Positions 1-12,754 of a stretch of DNA of 64,000 bases are shown in pieces; the stretch's first letter is position 1; the number at the start of each line of letters is the position of its first letter. The stretch is from Trueperaceae bacterium. GTDB lineage: Bacteria; Deinococcota; Deinococci; Deinococcales; Trueperaceae. A program made the translations under genes and the position numbers. The notes beneath the pieces are model-generated. The model saw only the letters and a list, made by a program, of their open reading frames with translations, did no database searches and was not told where the DNA came from. The DNA lies in the NCBI GenBank assembly GCA_965213925.1, contig OZ243927.1:672001-736000 (forward strand), written 5' to 3'.

Positions 1-2
1 AC

Positions 3-572
3 TACCCCTCAGTCGAGCGCGGCGAGTACGAGTTCTTGCCCATCACGATTTCGTTAGACCGCAACGCCGACGACATCGAGCAGCAAGTTCGCTCTATCTT
101 GGACCGGCGGCGGGACGCGGACACCTACAGCATTCAGACCATCGAGGGGGCGCTAGGGCTGTTCAACACCATCACCGTAATTCTGCAAGCCGTTTTAGGC
201 GGCATCGGCGCGGTGAGCCTCTTGGTAGGCGGCATCGGTATCCTGAACATCATGCTCGTCTCGGTGACGGAACGCACCCGCGAAATCGGGTTGCGCAAAG
301 CGCTAGGCGCGAAGAAGAACACCATTTTGCAGCAGTTTTTGATTGAAGCCATCGTTTTGACCGTCGTAGGTGGCGTGATCGGGCTCGTACTGGCGGTGGG
401 GAGTCTTTACCTCATCGTCGCGCTCGTGCCTTTTTTGGAAGAGGTTGTGATCAGCCCCTGGACTATCATCCTCGCCTTTCTGGTGAGCGTGGCAACGGGC
501 GTCATTTTCGGCGTGTGGCCCGCGAACCGCGCGGCGAACTTGAGTCCGATTGAGGCGCTTAGGTATGAGTGA
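3..572 (+). CDS. ABC transporter permease, MacB/FtsX family (C-terminal part; gene starts before window)
   Basis: VGGIGILNIMLVSVTERTREIGLRKALGA and PANRAANLSPIEALRYE motifs; frame open from window start. Confidence 0.9.
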   Translation, partial: YPSVERGEYEFLPITISLDRNADDIEQQVRSILDRRRDADTYSIQTIEGALGLFNTITVILQAVLGGIGAVSLLVGGIGILNIMLVSVTERTREIGLRKALGAKKNTILQQFLIEAIVLTVVGGVIGLVLAVGSLYLIVALVPFLEEVVISPWTIILAFLVSVATGVIFGVWPANRAANLSPIEALRYE

Positions 573-587
573 GGCGGCGCGGACGGC

Positions 588-615
588 GTAGGGGCAATTC
601 ATGAATTGCCCCTAC
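588..615. repeat. GTAG-tagged REP-like perfect palindrome
   Basis: GTAGGGGCAATTCATGAATTGCCCCTAC, a 28-bp perfect palindrome just after a stop codon. Confidence 0.8.
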
Positions 616-716
616 AGAGCGCTACCATACCCCTCGAGCCCGCGCGGTAAAAACTGTCTTTTTCTCGAGCCTGAGCGCAGGTTAAGCTAACGTTTATGTG
701 GGAGGGCAGTTTAGCT

Positions 717-875
717 ATGTCAACAAGCATCTATCTAGTCGGTTACTTCATCCTCGTCGTCGGCTTGGCGCTCGGCGCGAATCTGCTCGGTGTGCCGACC
801 TCTTGGATTATCGTCGGGGTCATCATCATGGTGGGCATTGGCATCATGAGCGTTGCTAACCGTTTGCGGAGCTGA
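717..875 (+). CDS. Small 52-aa two-TM membrane protein (not in ORF track)
   Basis: MSTSIYLVGYFILVVGLALGANLLGVPTSWIIVGVIIMVGIGIMSVANRLRS*; GGAGGG RBS at 701-706. Confidence 0.75.
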   Translation: MSTSIYLVGYFILVVGLALGANLLGVPTSWIIVGVIIMVGIGIMSVANRLRS

Positions 876-951
876 GGTCAAGTTTAGGTTTGACACGCTT
901 CCGGGGTTGTGTCTGCTACATTAGCAGAGACTCAAACTTTGGAGGTTAGAG

Positions 952-1434
952 ATGAAATATCTGTTTATTCTTGCCGCGCTGCTTTTCCCTTTCGTATTCG
1001 CGCAAACGGGCGGCGAAGCGACGGGCGGCGGGGCGAGCAGTGTTGACGGGCTCGTCACCGTACAGAGCGCCTACAGCGTCGAGGAGACGCTCGCCAACTT
1101 AGAGACTGCCTTAGAAGAGAACGGGCTTATCACGGTGGCGGTGGTGGACCACAGTGCGAACGCCCAGAACGCGGGGCTCGAGCTGCCCCCCACCCGCTTG
1201 GTCATCTTCGGCAATCCGAACGTCGGCACGCCTTTGATGCAGTCGGCTCGCACCGTCGCGATTGACTTGCCGCAAAAGATGCTCATCTACGAGGACGAAG
1301 CGGGCGACGTATACGCCGCTTACAACGATCCGCAGTATCTAGCGGAAAGACACGGTTTAGCGGATATGGACGAGCAGTTGACGACGGTCTCGAACGCGCT
1401 CAGCAACCTCGCAAATGTGGCAACTGGGCAGTAA
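952..1434 (+). CDS. DUF302 domain protein with signal peptide
   Basis: VDHSANAQNAGLELPPTRLVIFGNPNVGTPLMQ...IDLPQKMLI; GGAGG RBS. Confidence 0.85.
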   Translation: MKYLFILAALLFPFVFAQTGGEATGGGASSVDGLVTVQSAYSVEETLANLETALEENGLITVAVVDHSANAQNAGLELPPTRLVIFGNPNVGTPLMQSARTVAIDLPQKMLIYEDEAGDVYAAYNDPQYLAERHGLADMDEQLTTVSNALSNLANVATGQ

Positions 1435-1444
1435 ATGATGTTAT

Positions 1445-1485
1445 AAGGTGCACGACTTTGCTCGTAAAACGAAGTCGTGCACCTT
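1445..1485. terminator. Long inverted repeat between convergent genes (terminator or REP-like)
   Basis: AAGGTGCACGACTTTG-loop-CGAAGTCGTGCACCTT. Confidence 0.55.
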
Positions 1486-1565
1486 GTGATAATAAGCTCA
1501 AGGAACGAAGTTCTGCGACCGTTCGTCCAGCTTGACTGGAAGCAACGCGCTAGGCGGGGGCGGGC

Positions 1566-4309
<2,744 letters not shown>

Positions 4310-4428
4310 TCATGTTGATGTAAGCCCCTAAAGAGCTTCTTTACCCTCTTATATACCTCATTTTTCAGGGGAATACCTGGAGGCGTTGCGAAGTTTAGCT
4401 TTAGCACTCGATTGGTGACGCGATGAAG

Positions 4429-4914
4429 TCACCGTTTAGCAAGGAACTTCTCAGCCAAAATTTTGATTACTCCGTAACCGTAAGTGGAAAATACGGGAAG
4501 CTCCTGAACCTGCTGCTGATTCGCCTTTTCGTGTAGCTGAGTAAAACCTCTCTGTAAATATCGCGTTCTACCTGCGCTTGTAGTCAAGAAAAGCCACGGT
4601 TCAATTCCGTCTTCTTCTAACGCTCTAAATCCTAGTATCTCGCCCTGATTTTCGCGAATTGTTTTGATATGAACTGCACCTTGCTTTAGCGTTTTTCTTC
4701 TGGCTATACTCTCTGAGGTGGGCGGTTTACAATCTATCCAGTCCATCAGCCCAGCAAGATAGATACCCGTATCTATCTTGCCACTCTCTAAGTGCTTTAG
4801 CTGGATTACGCGACCACAAGCAAAGTTGCCATTATCAAGGGGTATTGACCAAAAATGACCTGGCTTCAAGTATGCAGTTGATTTCGGAATAAACGGATAG
4901 CTTATCTTCGTCAT
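4429..4914 (-). CDS. Imm26-like immunity protein (orphan)
   Basis: LKPGHFWSIPLDNGNFACGRVI resembles the Imm26 N-terminus; lower GC than flanks. Confidence 0.55.
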   Translation of the reverse strand: MTKISYPFIPKSTAYLKPGHFWSIPLDNGNFACGRVIQLKHLESGKIDTGIYLAGLMDWIDCKPPTSESIARRKTLKQGAVHIKTIRENQGEILGFRALEEDGIEPWLFLTTSAGRTRYLQRGFTQLHEKANQQQVQELPVFSTYGYGVIKILAEKFLAKR

Positions 4915-4926
4915 GGTTATGTGTCG

Positions 4927-5226
4927 CTACTCCGATGAAAAATAGCTTTCCAAATCCATCCCGCCATAGAGCACATTAAAGATGTCCACACCTCCAGCCC
5001 GTTTGCGGTAGATAATCATGTAACGCTTGTAGGGCAGCGCAAGTGTGTCCGCAGGGAGATAACTGCGAGGCAAGCCGAGACCGGGAAAATCAGCTAACCT
5101 TTGAAAGAGACGGAACAAGTTATCAAAAAGCTGTGTCACATTGTCTTCTGTGCCGCCTCGCTCCAAATAACCGTCCCATAATTTGGCGAGGTCAGCGGCG
5201 GCAGGGTCGGTAATGAAGAAGTCCAT
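4927..5226 (-). CDS. RelE/ParE family toxin
   Basis: 99 aa; AAADLAKLW...LADFPGLG...YMIIYR...VDIFNVLYGGMD; 1-bp overlap with upstream antitoxin. Confidence 0.8.
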   Translation of the reverse strand: MDFFITDPAAADLAKLWDGYLERGGTEDNVTQLFDNLFRLFQRLADFPGLGLPRSYLPADTLALPYKRYMIIYRKRAGGVDIFNVLYGGMDLESYFSSE

Positions 5227-5510
5227 CAGCGCGTTTTGCGTTCACGCTCAGCCCGTAACTCCCTCCCACGTTTAATGACCTTTTGCTTGAACGCCTCAGC
5301 TTCTTCAGGTGTGCTAATTAGCGTGCCGCGTCCAGCGTCAGCCGCGTCAATACCCTCTTGCACTCTGGCACAAATCTCGGCGGTGCGTTCTTGATACCGT
5401 TGCCATAAATTCAATGCGTGAGCCAATACTTCACTTTCGTCTGAGTATTCTCCCGTCTCGAGCTGCTCGTCCACGAAGCGCCGCTGCTCAGGGGTAAGTT
5501 CTATCGTCAT
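5226..5510 (-). CDS. ParD-like RHH antitoxin
   Basis: MTIELTPEQRRFVDEQLETGEYSDESEVLAHAL; leaderless-type TATCCT-N6-ATG. Confidence 0.8.
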   Translation of the reverse strand: MTIELTPEQRRFVDEQLETGEYSDESEVLAHALNLWQRYQERTAEICARVQEGIDAADAGRGTLISTPEEAEAFKQKVIKRGRELRAERERKTR

Positions 5511-5553
5511 AGTTTAAGGATAGGCGTTTTTTGAAGAGGTTGCAACGAGATGC

Positions 5554-5898
5554 TCAGCTTTGTGGTTCCAAATGCGTAAGTTCCGTCCAATTTAGCGGAA
5601 CAGTGGACACCATAAACGCCTCTTCCGTCTCGGTGAAAAGCGGATTGAGTTCTGCGCGTCTATATTCTTGCGCCTTCACTGAGTCAGGGTCAGCGCGAAC
5701 GTTGGCTTGAATCGCCTCGTACTGCTCGAGGTCATCATACGCCCACAACGCCACAATTCGTTTGCCGTCCTCAGCCTGCCACCTGCCGACTAAACGAGCG
5801 CCATACCGTTTCTGAACAGGCAGCAGTTCACTAAAGAAGGCGTTGAAAACGTCTATCTTACCCGGTGCTACTTTGTATTGCCGCAGTCTGAACATCAT
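5554..5898 (-). CDS. NIPSNAP family protein
   Basis: FRLRQYKVAPGK...GARLVGRW...ALWAYDDLEQYE. Confidence 0.8.
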   Translation of the reverse strand: MMFRLRQYKVAPGKIDVFNAFFSELLPVQKRYGARLVGRWQAEDGKRIVALWAYDDLEQYEAIQANVRADPDSVKAQEYRRAELNPLFTETEEAFMVSTVPLNWTELTHLEPQS

Positions 5899-5909
5899 GA
5901 AATGTCCAC

Positions 5910-6998
5910 CTAGCCGGTACGAAGCGGCACCACCATCGCCAAATAACTCGTATCTTTAAGGCTCGCCAGCACACTCGGGCTCGTCGGACCGGAAAACGAA
6001 AAGCGCACGTCTCCCTCTACAGGTCTTAGCGCACTCGCCAAGTAATCCGCGTTGTAGGCAAGCGCAATCTCCGACTCGGTCCCCTCTTGCGAGACCTCTA
6101 GCGCCTCCTGAGAGCGCCCGTACGCCCCCTCCGCAGTAATCTGTAGACTTCCGTCCTTGATAAAGAGGTCTACGCGGTTGTTCGCCGTTTTGTCCGCCAT
6201 GACCGCCACGCGCGAAACCGTTTCTAAGAGCCTAGAAGCATCCAGCAATATGCTCACCGGAAATTGCGAGGGAATGACGCGCTCGTAGTCGGGGAACGTC
6301 CCTTCCATCAGTTTGATGTTGAGCTTAAAGGGACCGCTTTGCACCGAGAGTTGAGAGTCGGCAAGCTCGAGCTTCGCCTCCCCGCCCCCTAAAAGCCTAC
6401 TGAGTTCGTCCACGCTCCGCGCCGGGATGACGATGTCGCCATCGAGCCCGCTCGCGTTTTCCATATGGTAATACGCCAAGCGAAACCCATCCGTCGCCAC
6501 CGCCCGCGTCTTCTTATCGTTGAATTCGACCTTGACCCCGCGAAAAATCGCCTGATACTCTGCCACCGCCGCCGCATACCTCACGTGATTGAGTGCGTCC
6601 GCGAGTTGTGAGCCGTCGAAACGCCCGGCGTACCCCTCTGGGAACGTGACCTCTGGAACCGTCGCGGCGTCCGCGAGTTGCAGTTTCGTGGCGTAGCTGC
6701 CGGAGCTTATCTCGAGTTCCTTATCGTCAAACGCGAGTTCGACCAGCTCACCCGGAAGAGAGCGCACCACCTGTCCAAAGACATGCGCAGGCAGCGCGGC
6801 GTGTCCACCCCCCGACACGTCAGCTTGCACGGTTGCTTGGATGTCGATATCCATATTGCTGCCGCTAAAGGTGATCCCCTTCTCCCCCATCGTCATGCTG
6901 ATGAGGCTCAAACCCGGATTGCTGCTGCGACTAGGAATGATGCGCTCGATGTTGCCGAGCACCTCGGCGAGTTGTTTGCGCGGAACCTGTACGTTCAT
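5910..6998 (-). CDS. dnaN: DNA polymerase III beta clamp
   Basis: AVATDGFRLA, GTFPDYERVIP, C-terminal MVVPLR; start moved to ATG 6998, which follows TATGCT-N7. Confidence 0.97.
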   Translation of the reverse strand: MNVQVPRKQLAEVLGNIERIIPSRSSNPGLSLISMTMGEKGITFSGSNMDIDIQATVQADVSGGGHAALPAHVFGQVVRSLPGELVELAFDDKELEISSGSYATKLQLADAATVPEVTFPEGYAGRFDGSQLADALNHVRYAAAVAEYQAIFRGVKVEFNDKKTRAVATDGFRLAYYHMENASGLDGDIVIPARSVDELSRLLGGGEAKLELADSQLSVQSGPFKLNIKLMEGTFPDYERVIPSQFPVSILLDASRLLETVSRVAVMADKTANNRVDLFIKDGSLQITAEGAYGRSQEALEVSQEGTESEIALAYNADYLASALRPVEGDVRFSFSGPTSPSVLASLKDTSYLAMVVPLRTG

Positions 6999-7329
6999 AG
7001 AGGTGAGCATACCGAAAATTGGCGTAGGGAAAAAGCGGCTCGAGAGGAAACTAGGGAGAACGTGAAGCGGAAGAGGTTTTAAGAGGTGTAAGAAGTAGAG
7101 AGGTCAATTTGGAAAGCGAGATTTTTCTCAGTGCTCTCAAGGCTGACAAGTTAGCTTTTTAGAGAAGAGGTTGGAGCGTCTTTCAAAAAGTCTTTTGGTT
7201 TTGAAAGTTCCTTGAAGTTGACCTCTTGGTTGCTCTCTTTTCAACTCCTCTTTTTTCGTTGGATCATGAGAACGCACGTTTTCCCTAAGACTTTACGGTT
7301 GACGAAACGAAAATTTTTCAAAGGTTCTA

Positions 7330-7545
7330 ATACTCTATAGTAGGGCCTGTGGATAGTGTGGATAACTATGCTTTGTCCCGTCCAGGACGACAAAGTGCCT
7401 GTGGATAATTTTGTGGATAACTCGCCTTTGCCTGTGGATAACTACCCGAGTTATCCACAGCTATCCACAGGCTGTGAAAAACCCCTAGTTATCCACAGTT
7501 TATCAACAGGATATCCACAGCTTATCCACAGAGTTTTCCACAGGT
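7330..7545. other. oriC: Replication origin oriC: 13 DnaA boxes with GC-rich spacer and DnaA-trio-like sequence
   Basis: TTATCCACA-type 9-mers (either strand) at 7348, 7357, 7400, 7412, 7433, 7451, 7461, 7473, 7489, 7500, 7511, 7522, 7534; minus strand reads box-GGCCC-TACTATAGAGTA; lies between dnaA and dnaN with an AT-rich flank. Confidence 0.95.
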
Positions 7546-7938
7546 GTATGTGAGTAATCTATTTGTTTTATGATAGATACACGCGCAAATTTAATGAAAT
7601 TTTAGTGTGTTACTGAAGATTTCAGTACTACTTCAAGTGCATAAATTCTGATTTTTAGAAGATAAACTTGGAAGAGCCACCAAGAAGTATTTGCTTAGCG
7701 ATCCTCTCGAGTTCTGAAAGTTGAAGGGTGTACTAAGAGAACCTCTTCAGTCCTACGATGACCTCTTTTTAACCTCTTGTTTTTTGGTTTCCTCGGTTGG
7801 GATTAAATAGACTCGAGCTGTTTGGCAATAGATTTACTGAGCTTAGCGTTATAAATAAGCTATGATCTCTCAGCAAGGGGTTGATCAACTTCTTCTATAG
7901 CAAGGATGTCCTCGAGAACATCACCGACCAAGTTGTAT

Positions 7939-9291
7939 TCAGAGAAGATCAGCCTTAATCGCCAAAATCCGCTCTTCGAGTTCCCTATCCTTCGCCATCT
8001 GCTCCGTCACCTTCTGCACCGCATACATCACCGTCGAGTGGTCGCGCCCAGTGAAAAACTGTCCGATTTCCGGGTACGAGTGCGGCGTGAACTCGCGGAT
8101 GAGGTACATGGCAACTTGACGCGGCACGACGAGTTCGTGGCGTCTCCCCTTCGAGCGCAAGTCGCTTGCTTCGACTTCGAAGTGATGCGCTGCCGCCTTA
8201 ACGATTTCGTCCATCGTAAGGTTGAGTTCGCTCGGCGCGAACACGTCAGAGAGAGCACTCACAGCGGTCTGGCGGCTCAGCTCGGTCTGGTTCATGCTGG
8301 CGAAAACGATAACGCGCACCAACGCGCCTTCAAGCTCCCGAATGTTCGAGGTCACTTGCCGCGCGATATAGTCGATGACGTCGGGTGGAATCTTGACGCC
8401 GCGATATTCAGCGTTCATCTTGAGGATGGCGATGCGGGTCTCTAACTCCGGCGCTTGAATGTCGGTAATGAGCCCCCATTCGAAGCGGCTGCGCAGGCGG
8501 TTCTCGAGGGTGGGAATATCTTTCGGCGGTCTATCGGATGAGAGGATAATTTGCTTACCCGACTCGTAGAGCGCATTAAAAGTGTGGAAAAATTCCTCTT
8601 GCGTGCGCTCTTTCCCGGCGATGAACTGCACGTCGTCCACCAATAAGAGGTCGATGCTGCGGTAGCGGTCCCGAAACGCGGTCATTTTGTCTTCGCGAAT
8701 CGCGTTGATGAGGTCATTGGTGAAGGCTTCGGTGGTGACGTATTCGACGTGGAGCTTGGCGAAGCGGTCTGCCACCGCGTGACCGACAGCGTGCATGAGG
8801 TGCGTTTTGCCCAAACCGGAGTCGCCATAAACGAAGAGCGGGTTATAGGCGCGTCCGGGCGCTTCGGCGACGGCGATAGCGGCGGCGTGCGAGAGGTTGT
8901 TGTTCGGGCCGACGACGAAGTTGGCGAAGTTGTATTTCGGGTTGAGCCTCGGCTTATTAACGGTTGGCGCGGCATCTTCCGAAGTAGGAGGCGCGGAGTT
9001 GAACATATCTTGCTGCTCAGAAGGCTTCGCGGCGATAACTTGGAAGCCCACACGAGGACTCGGCGCACCAAAGTGTCTAAGCGCCTCTTCGATCACGCCG
9101 CTGTAGTGATTTTTAAGCCAATCTTTTGCAAAGGAGTGCGGGACACCCAGCATGAAGGTCCCGTTCTCGATGCCGAGCGGCTGCACCTGCGTAAACCAGG
9201 TCCGAAACTCGACCTCGGGGATTCTCTGCTTGACGAACTCTAAAATATCGTCCCAGATGGGATCACTTCGTGATGTTGTGGGTGCTTTCAT
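7939..9291 (-). CDS. dnaA: Chromosomal replication initiator
   Basis: [39 protein letters not shown]. Confidence 0.99.
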   Translation of the reverse strand: MKAPTTSRSDPIWDDILEFVKQRIPEVEFRTWFTQVQPLGIENGTFMLGVPHSFAKDWLKNHYSGVIEEALRHFGAPSPRVGFQVIAAKPSEQQDMFNSAPPTSEDAAPTVNKPRLNPKYNFANFVVGPNNNLSHAAAIAVAEAPGRAYNPLFVYGDSGLGKTHLMHAVGHAVADRFAKLHVEYVTTEAFTNDLINAIREDKMTAFRDRYRSIDLLLVDDVQFIAGKERTQEEFFHTFNALYESGKQIILSSDRPPKDIPTLENRLRSRFEWGLITDIQAPELETRIAILKMNAEYRGVKIPPDVIDYIARQVTSNIRELEGALVRVIVFASMNQTELSRQTAVSALSDVFAPSELNLTMDEIVKAAAHHFEVEASDLRSKGRRHELVVPRQVAMYLIREFTPHSYPEIGQFFTGRDHSTVMYAVQKVTEQMAKDRELEERILAIKADLL

Positions 9292-9403
9292 CCCTACCTG
9301 ACCTCTATTCGCTCGCCACTTGTCTTTAATTCTCGGTTACCATTGCTGAAAGTATAGAGAGCTAGTTTAACAGATTTGCGGTGAGTAGCGGCTGACAGCA
9401 AAA

Positions 9404-9419
9404 TGTAATATGTATTACA
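9404..9419. promoter_or_regulatory. Inverted repeat in the dnaA/mnmG divergent promoter region
   Basis: TGTAATA-TG-TATTACA. Confidence 0.4.
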
Positions 9420-9559
9420 AAAAAGAAGAGGACTGAGCGGCTCGAGCCTGCTACGCTCTCTACCAAGAAGTATGCTAAAGTAATGTCTTACTCGAGGTTT
9501 AGCTGCAATTTGCGAGAACCTCCTAGATGGAATAATAGACCTAACCTAACGGAGAAGTG

Positions 9560-11398
9560 ATGTACGACGTTATTGTAGTGGGCGGCGGTCACGCTGGCAT
9601 CGAAGCGGCGCACGCGGCGGCGAAGCTCGGCGCGGCGGTGGCGCTCGCGATTCCTGACCCCAACAAAATCGGCTTGATGCCCTGTAACCCGGCGATCGGC
9701 GGACCGGGCAAGTCGCAGCTCGTCTTCGAGCTTCACGCGCTTGGCGGCGTGATGGGCACCTTAGCGGACGAGACCGCGATTCACGCCCGCACGCTCAACG
9801 CAAGCAAAGGTCCGGCAGTGCAGTCGCTCCGCGTGCAGAATGAGCGCGACGGTTACGCAACGGCGGCGCGGCAGCTCATCGAGAATACGAGAGGTATCGA
9901 CATCGTACGGGGCGAGGTCGCCTCTTTACTCGTTGAGAATAGTGTACTCAAAGGTGTCTCGCTAACGGACGGGCGTGAGGTACATGCGCCCAGTGTCGTT
10001 CTCTGCACGGGAACGTTTCTCAAGGGCGTCGTTTGGTACGGCAAACAGCAGCGCGAAGCAGGAAGACAAGGAGAAGCGCCCGCGCGTCACCTCTCGGATA
10101 GTCTCACCCTGACAGGTCACGACCTCTTACGCTTCAAGACGGGAACGCCGCCGCGTATTCGCTCAGATTCGGTGGATTTCTCTGTTTTGGAAGTTGTTCC
10201 TGCCGACAACCCCGTCGCCTCGTTTACGGGTCAACCTGGCGCAAAGACGACGAGTAGCCCGACCTGGCTCACACATACAACACCGCAGACGCATAGACTG
10301 ATCAACGAGAATCTGGAGCACTCCGCCATGTACGGCGGCGTCATCGAAGGGCAAGGTCCGCGTTACTGCCCCTCCATCGAGGATAAAGTGGTGCGCTTTT
10401 CGGACAAGGATAGACACCTTTTATTTGTTGAGCCAGATGGCACCGAAACGAGCGAGGTGTACTTGCAGGGGTTCTCGAGTTCCATGCCCCCCTACTTGCA
10501 AGACGACATGATCCGTACACTGCCCGGTTTTCAGAATGCGGTGATTCAGCGCTACGCCTACGCTGTCGAATACGACGCGCTCGACCCGACGCAGCTCGAC
10601 ATCACCTTAATGTCGAAGAAGCTACCTGGTCTCTTTAGTGCAGGTCAAATCAACGGGACGAGTGGCTACGAAGAGGCGGCGACGCAAGGGTTCATTGCGG
10701 GTGTAAATGCGACACGTTTTGCGAACTACCAAGAACCTGTGAGCATTCGGCGCGATCAAGGGTACATCGGCGTGATGTTGGATGACCTAGTGCGGTGGGG
10801 TATCAACGAGCCGTATCGGATGCTGACCTCTCGCAATGAGTACCGTCTGCTGCACCGGCAGGATAATGCACTAGAGCGCCTCTCCCCTATCGGTCACGCT
10901 TGGGGTTTAATCAGTGACGAAAAACTTGCTGAAGTCAAAGCGAGTGAGGCTCGAGTCACTCACGAAGTCGAACGTTTAGGTAAGATGCGCTATAAAGGAA
11001 CGTTAGCGAGCAAAATTATCTGCCGTCCCGGAATAACGTATACGGATGTCGTTGAACTTATCGGGGAAAGCTCGGAGGATTTAACGGCTGAAGAGAAGAA
11101 AAAAGCAGAAATTCTCGTTAAATACGCCGCGTATATCGAACGCAGCCAGAAAGAACTCGAGGCGCGTAAGGATTACGAGTCGCTGAGCTTGCGAGAGCTG
11201 GATTTCGAGCGGGTGGCGAGCCTTTCTAAAGAGGGTGGCGAGATGCTCAAACGCCATCAGCCTGCGACGCTCGGTATGGCTCAGCGTATTCGTGGCGTGA
11301 GAGACAGTGATGTGACTGCGCTCCTTATTTATGCGAAGACACACCGAAATGTTGCTCAAAGTGCTGCAAATGTTTCACGTGAAACAGCAACAGACTGA
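9560..11398 (+). CDS. mnmG: tRNA uridine 5-carboxymethylaminomethyl modification enzyme
   Basis: YDVIVVGGGHAGIEAA, CNPAIGG, FKTGTPPR, GPRYCPSIEDK, AGQINGTSGYEEAA. Confidence 0.97.
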   Translation: MYDVIVVGGGHAGIEAAHAAAKLGAAVALAIPDPNKIGLMPCNPAIGGPGKSQLVFELHALGGVMGTLADETAIHARTLNASKGPAVQSLRVQNERDGYATAARQLIENTRGIDIVRGEVASLLVENSVLKGVSLTDGREVHAPSVVLCTGTFLKGVVWYGKQQREAGRQGEAPARHLSDSLTLTGHDLLRFKTGTPPRIRSDSVDFSVLEVVPADNPVASFTGQPGAKTTSSPTWLTHTTPQTHRLINENLEHSAMYGGVIEGQGPRYCPSIEDKVVRFSDKDRHLLFVEPDGTETSEVYLQGFSSSMPPYLQDDMIRTLPGFQNAVIQRYAYAVEYDALDPTQLDITLMSKKLPGLFSAGQINGTSGYEEAATQGFIAGVNATRFANYQEPVSIRRDQGYIGVMLDDLVRWGINEPYRMLTSRNEYRLLHRQDNALERLSPIGHAWGLISDEKLAEVKASEARVTHEVERLGKMRYKGTLASKIICRPGITYTDVVELIGESSEDLTAEEKKKAEILVKYAAYIERSQKELEARKDYESLSLRELDFERVASLSKEGGEMLKRHQPATLGMAQRIRGVRDSDVTALLIYAKTHRNVAQSAANVSRETATD

Positions 11399-12014
11399 GC
11401 AACTTAACAAATACGCCGACCTCATACGGCGCTATCACAGAACGCTCGACCTTATGTCGAGCGTTGCTGTTGAAGGGTTAGAGGAAAAACTTGCTGATAG
11501 CTTTGCGTATGCGGAATTTATGCAAGAGAGGCTCGAGCCCCGTCACCGTATCCTCGACGTAGGCTCGGGGGTTGGATTGCCTGGTATTCCTTTAGCGATT
11601 CAGTTTCCGAACCATCCCATTACGCTTGTGGAGAGGCGACAAAAGCGAGCGAGTTTTCTGAAGATCGTTACCAGTCAGCTCGGGCTCGAGAACGCAACTG
11701 TCGTAGCTGAAGATGTAACGGCGTGGCAGCAACCCCTTGTTACCTGGGTGACAGCACAAGCAGTAGGGCGGTTTCTTGAGCTTTACTGTTTAACACGACA
11801 TCTTCATGCTGAGAATATCTTTTTACTCTCTCGAAAAGGTGAAGCCTATAGTGACGAGGTCGCCGAACTACAAGAAAGATTAGACACTTCTAGCCTTAAC
11901 CTCTCCCCCGCTGTTTCACGTGAAACAGCTATTTCGACTGTTCCACTAAAACCGCATGGTACGCTAGTCGCAATCAGCCTTTCTGGAGGATTGCGTTGCC
12001 GACCATCGGAGTAA
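11370..12014 (+). CDS. rsmG: 16S rRNA m7G527 methyltransferase
   Basis: LDVGSGVGLPGIPLAI, LVERRQKRASFL; between mnmG and parA; exact start uncertain. Confidence 0.9.
   Translation: MFHVKQQQTEQLNKYADLIRRYHRTLDLMSSVAVEGLEEKLADSFAYAEFMQERLEPRHRILDVGSGVGLPGIPLAIQFPNHPITLVERRQKRASFLKIVTSQLGLENATVVAEDVTAWQQPLVTWVTAQAVGRFLELYCLTRHLHAENIFLLSRKGEAYSDEVAELQERLDTSSLNLSPAVSRETAISTVPLKPHGTLVAISLSGGLRCRPSE
11371..11386. promoter_or_regulatory. parS: parS site 1
   Basis: TGTTTCACGTGAAACA, perfect consensus, in the mnmG/rsmG overlap. Confidence 0.95.
11912..11927. promoter_or_regulatory. parS: parS site 2
   Basis: TGTTTCACGTGAAACA inside rsmG; extends to a 20-bp palindrome at 11910-11929. Confidence 0.95.
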
Positions 12015-12754
12015 TTAATCAAAAGGGCGGCGTCGGGAAAACGACGAGCGCCATCAACCTTGCCGCTGCGCTAGCGGAAAAACGCCGCACGCTCCTCGTC
12101 GACTTAGACCCACAGGGAAACGCCAGCAGCGGCGTCGGCATAAGGAGCCCCGAGCGCACCATCTACGACGTTCTTATCGGTGAGATGTCAGCACGGCGAG
12201 TTATTGCGGACACCGAGTTCGGTAAGCTCAAAATCATGCCAGCCTCCTCTGACCTCTCGGGGGCTGCTGTTGAACTCGACGCGACGACGGAGAATTTCAA
12301 GCTCCTCGCGAAAGCGCTCATTGGCGTGCGTCCAAACTTCGACTTTATCGTGCTGGACGCGCCTCCTTCGATCGGCGCGCTGACGCTCAACGGCTTAGTC
12401 GCGGCGGATCAGCTTATTATCCCGTTGCAGACTGAGTATTACGCCCTCGAGGGCATTGCGGGTATGATGGATACCGTCGAACGGATGCAAGACTCTCTCA
12501 ACCCGAACTTACAAGTCTTAGGTATCCTCTTGACGATGTTCGACAGCCGTACCCGCCTTTCCCAAGAGGTCGAAGAGAACGTCCGCGAGCATTTCGGAGA
12601 CTTGGTGTTCAAAGCAGTGATTCCGCGCAATGTCCGCCTCGCTGAAGCTCCATCCTATGGTCAACCGATTTATTCCTATGCACCGACCTCATCGGGTGCA
12701 CTCGCCTACCGCCAACTTGCTGAAGAGGTGATTGAACGTGCCAGCCAAGCGTAG
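11996..12754 (+). CDS. parA: Chromosome partitioning ATPase ParA/Soj
   Basis: NQKGGVGKTTS, DLDPQGNAS, EYYALEG, IPRNVRLAEAPSYG. Confidence 0.97.
   Translation: MPTIGVINQKGGVGKTTSAINLAAALAEKRRTLLVDLDPQGNASSGVGIRSPERTIYDVLIGEMSARRVIADTEFGKLKIMPASSDLSGAAVELDATTENFKLLAKALIGVRPNFDFIVLDAPPSIGALTLNGLVAADQLIIPLQTEYYALEGIAGMMDTVERMQDSLNPNLQVLGILLTMFDSRTRLSQEVEENVREHFGDLVFKAVIPRNVRLAEAPSYGQPIYSYAPTSSGALAYRQLAEEVIERASQA

Noticed and set aside
7356..7553. 65-aa ORF over oriC
   Set aside because: It is translated DnaA boxes (VDN, YPQ, IHR repeats) and is not a credible gene.
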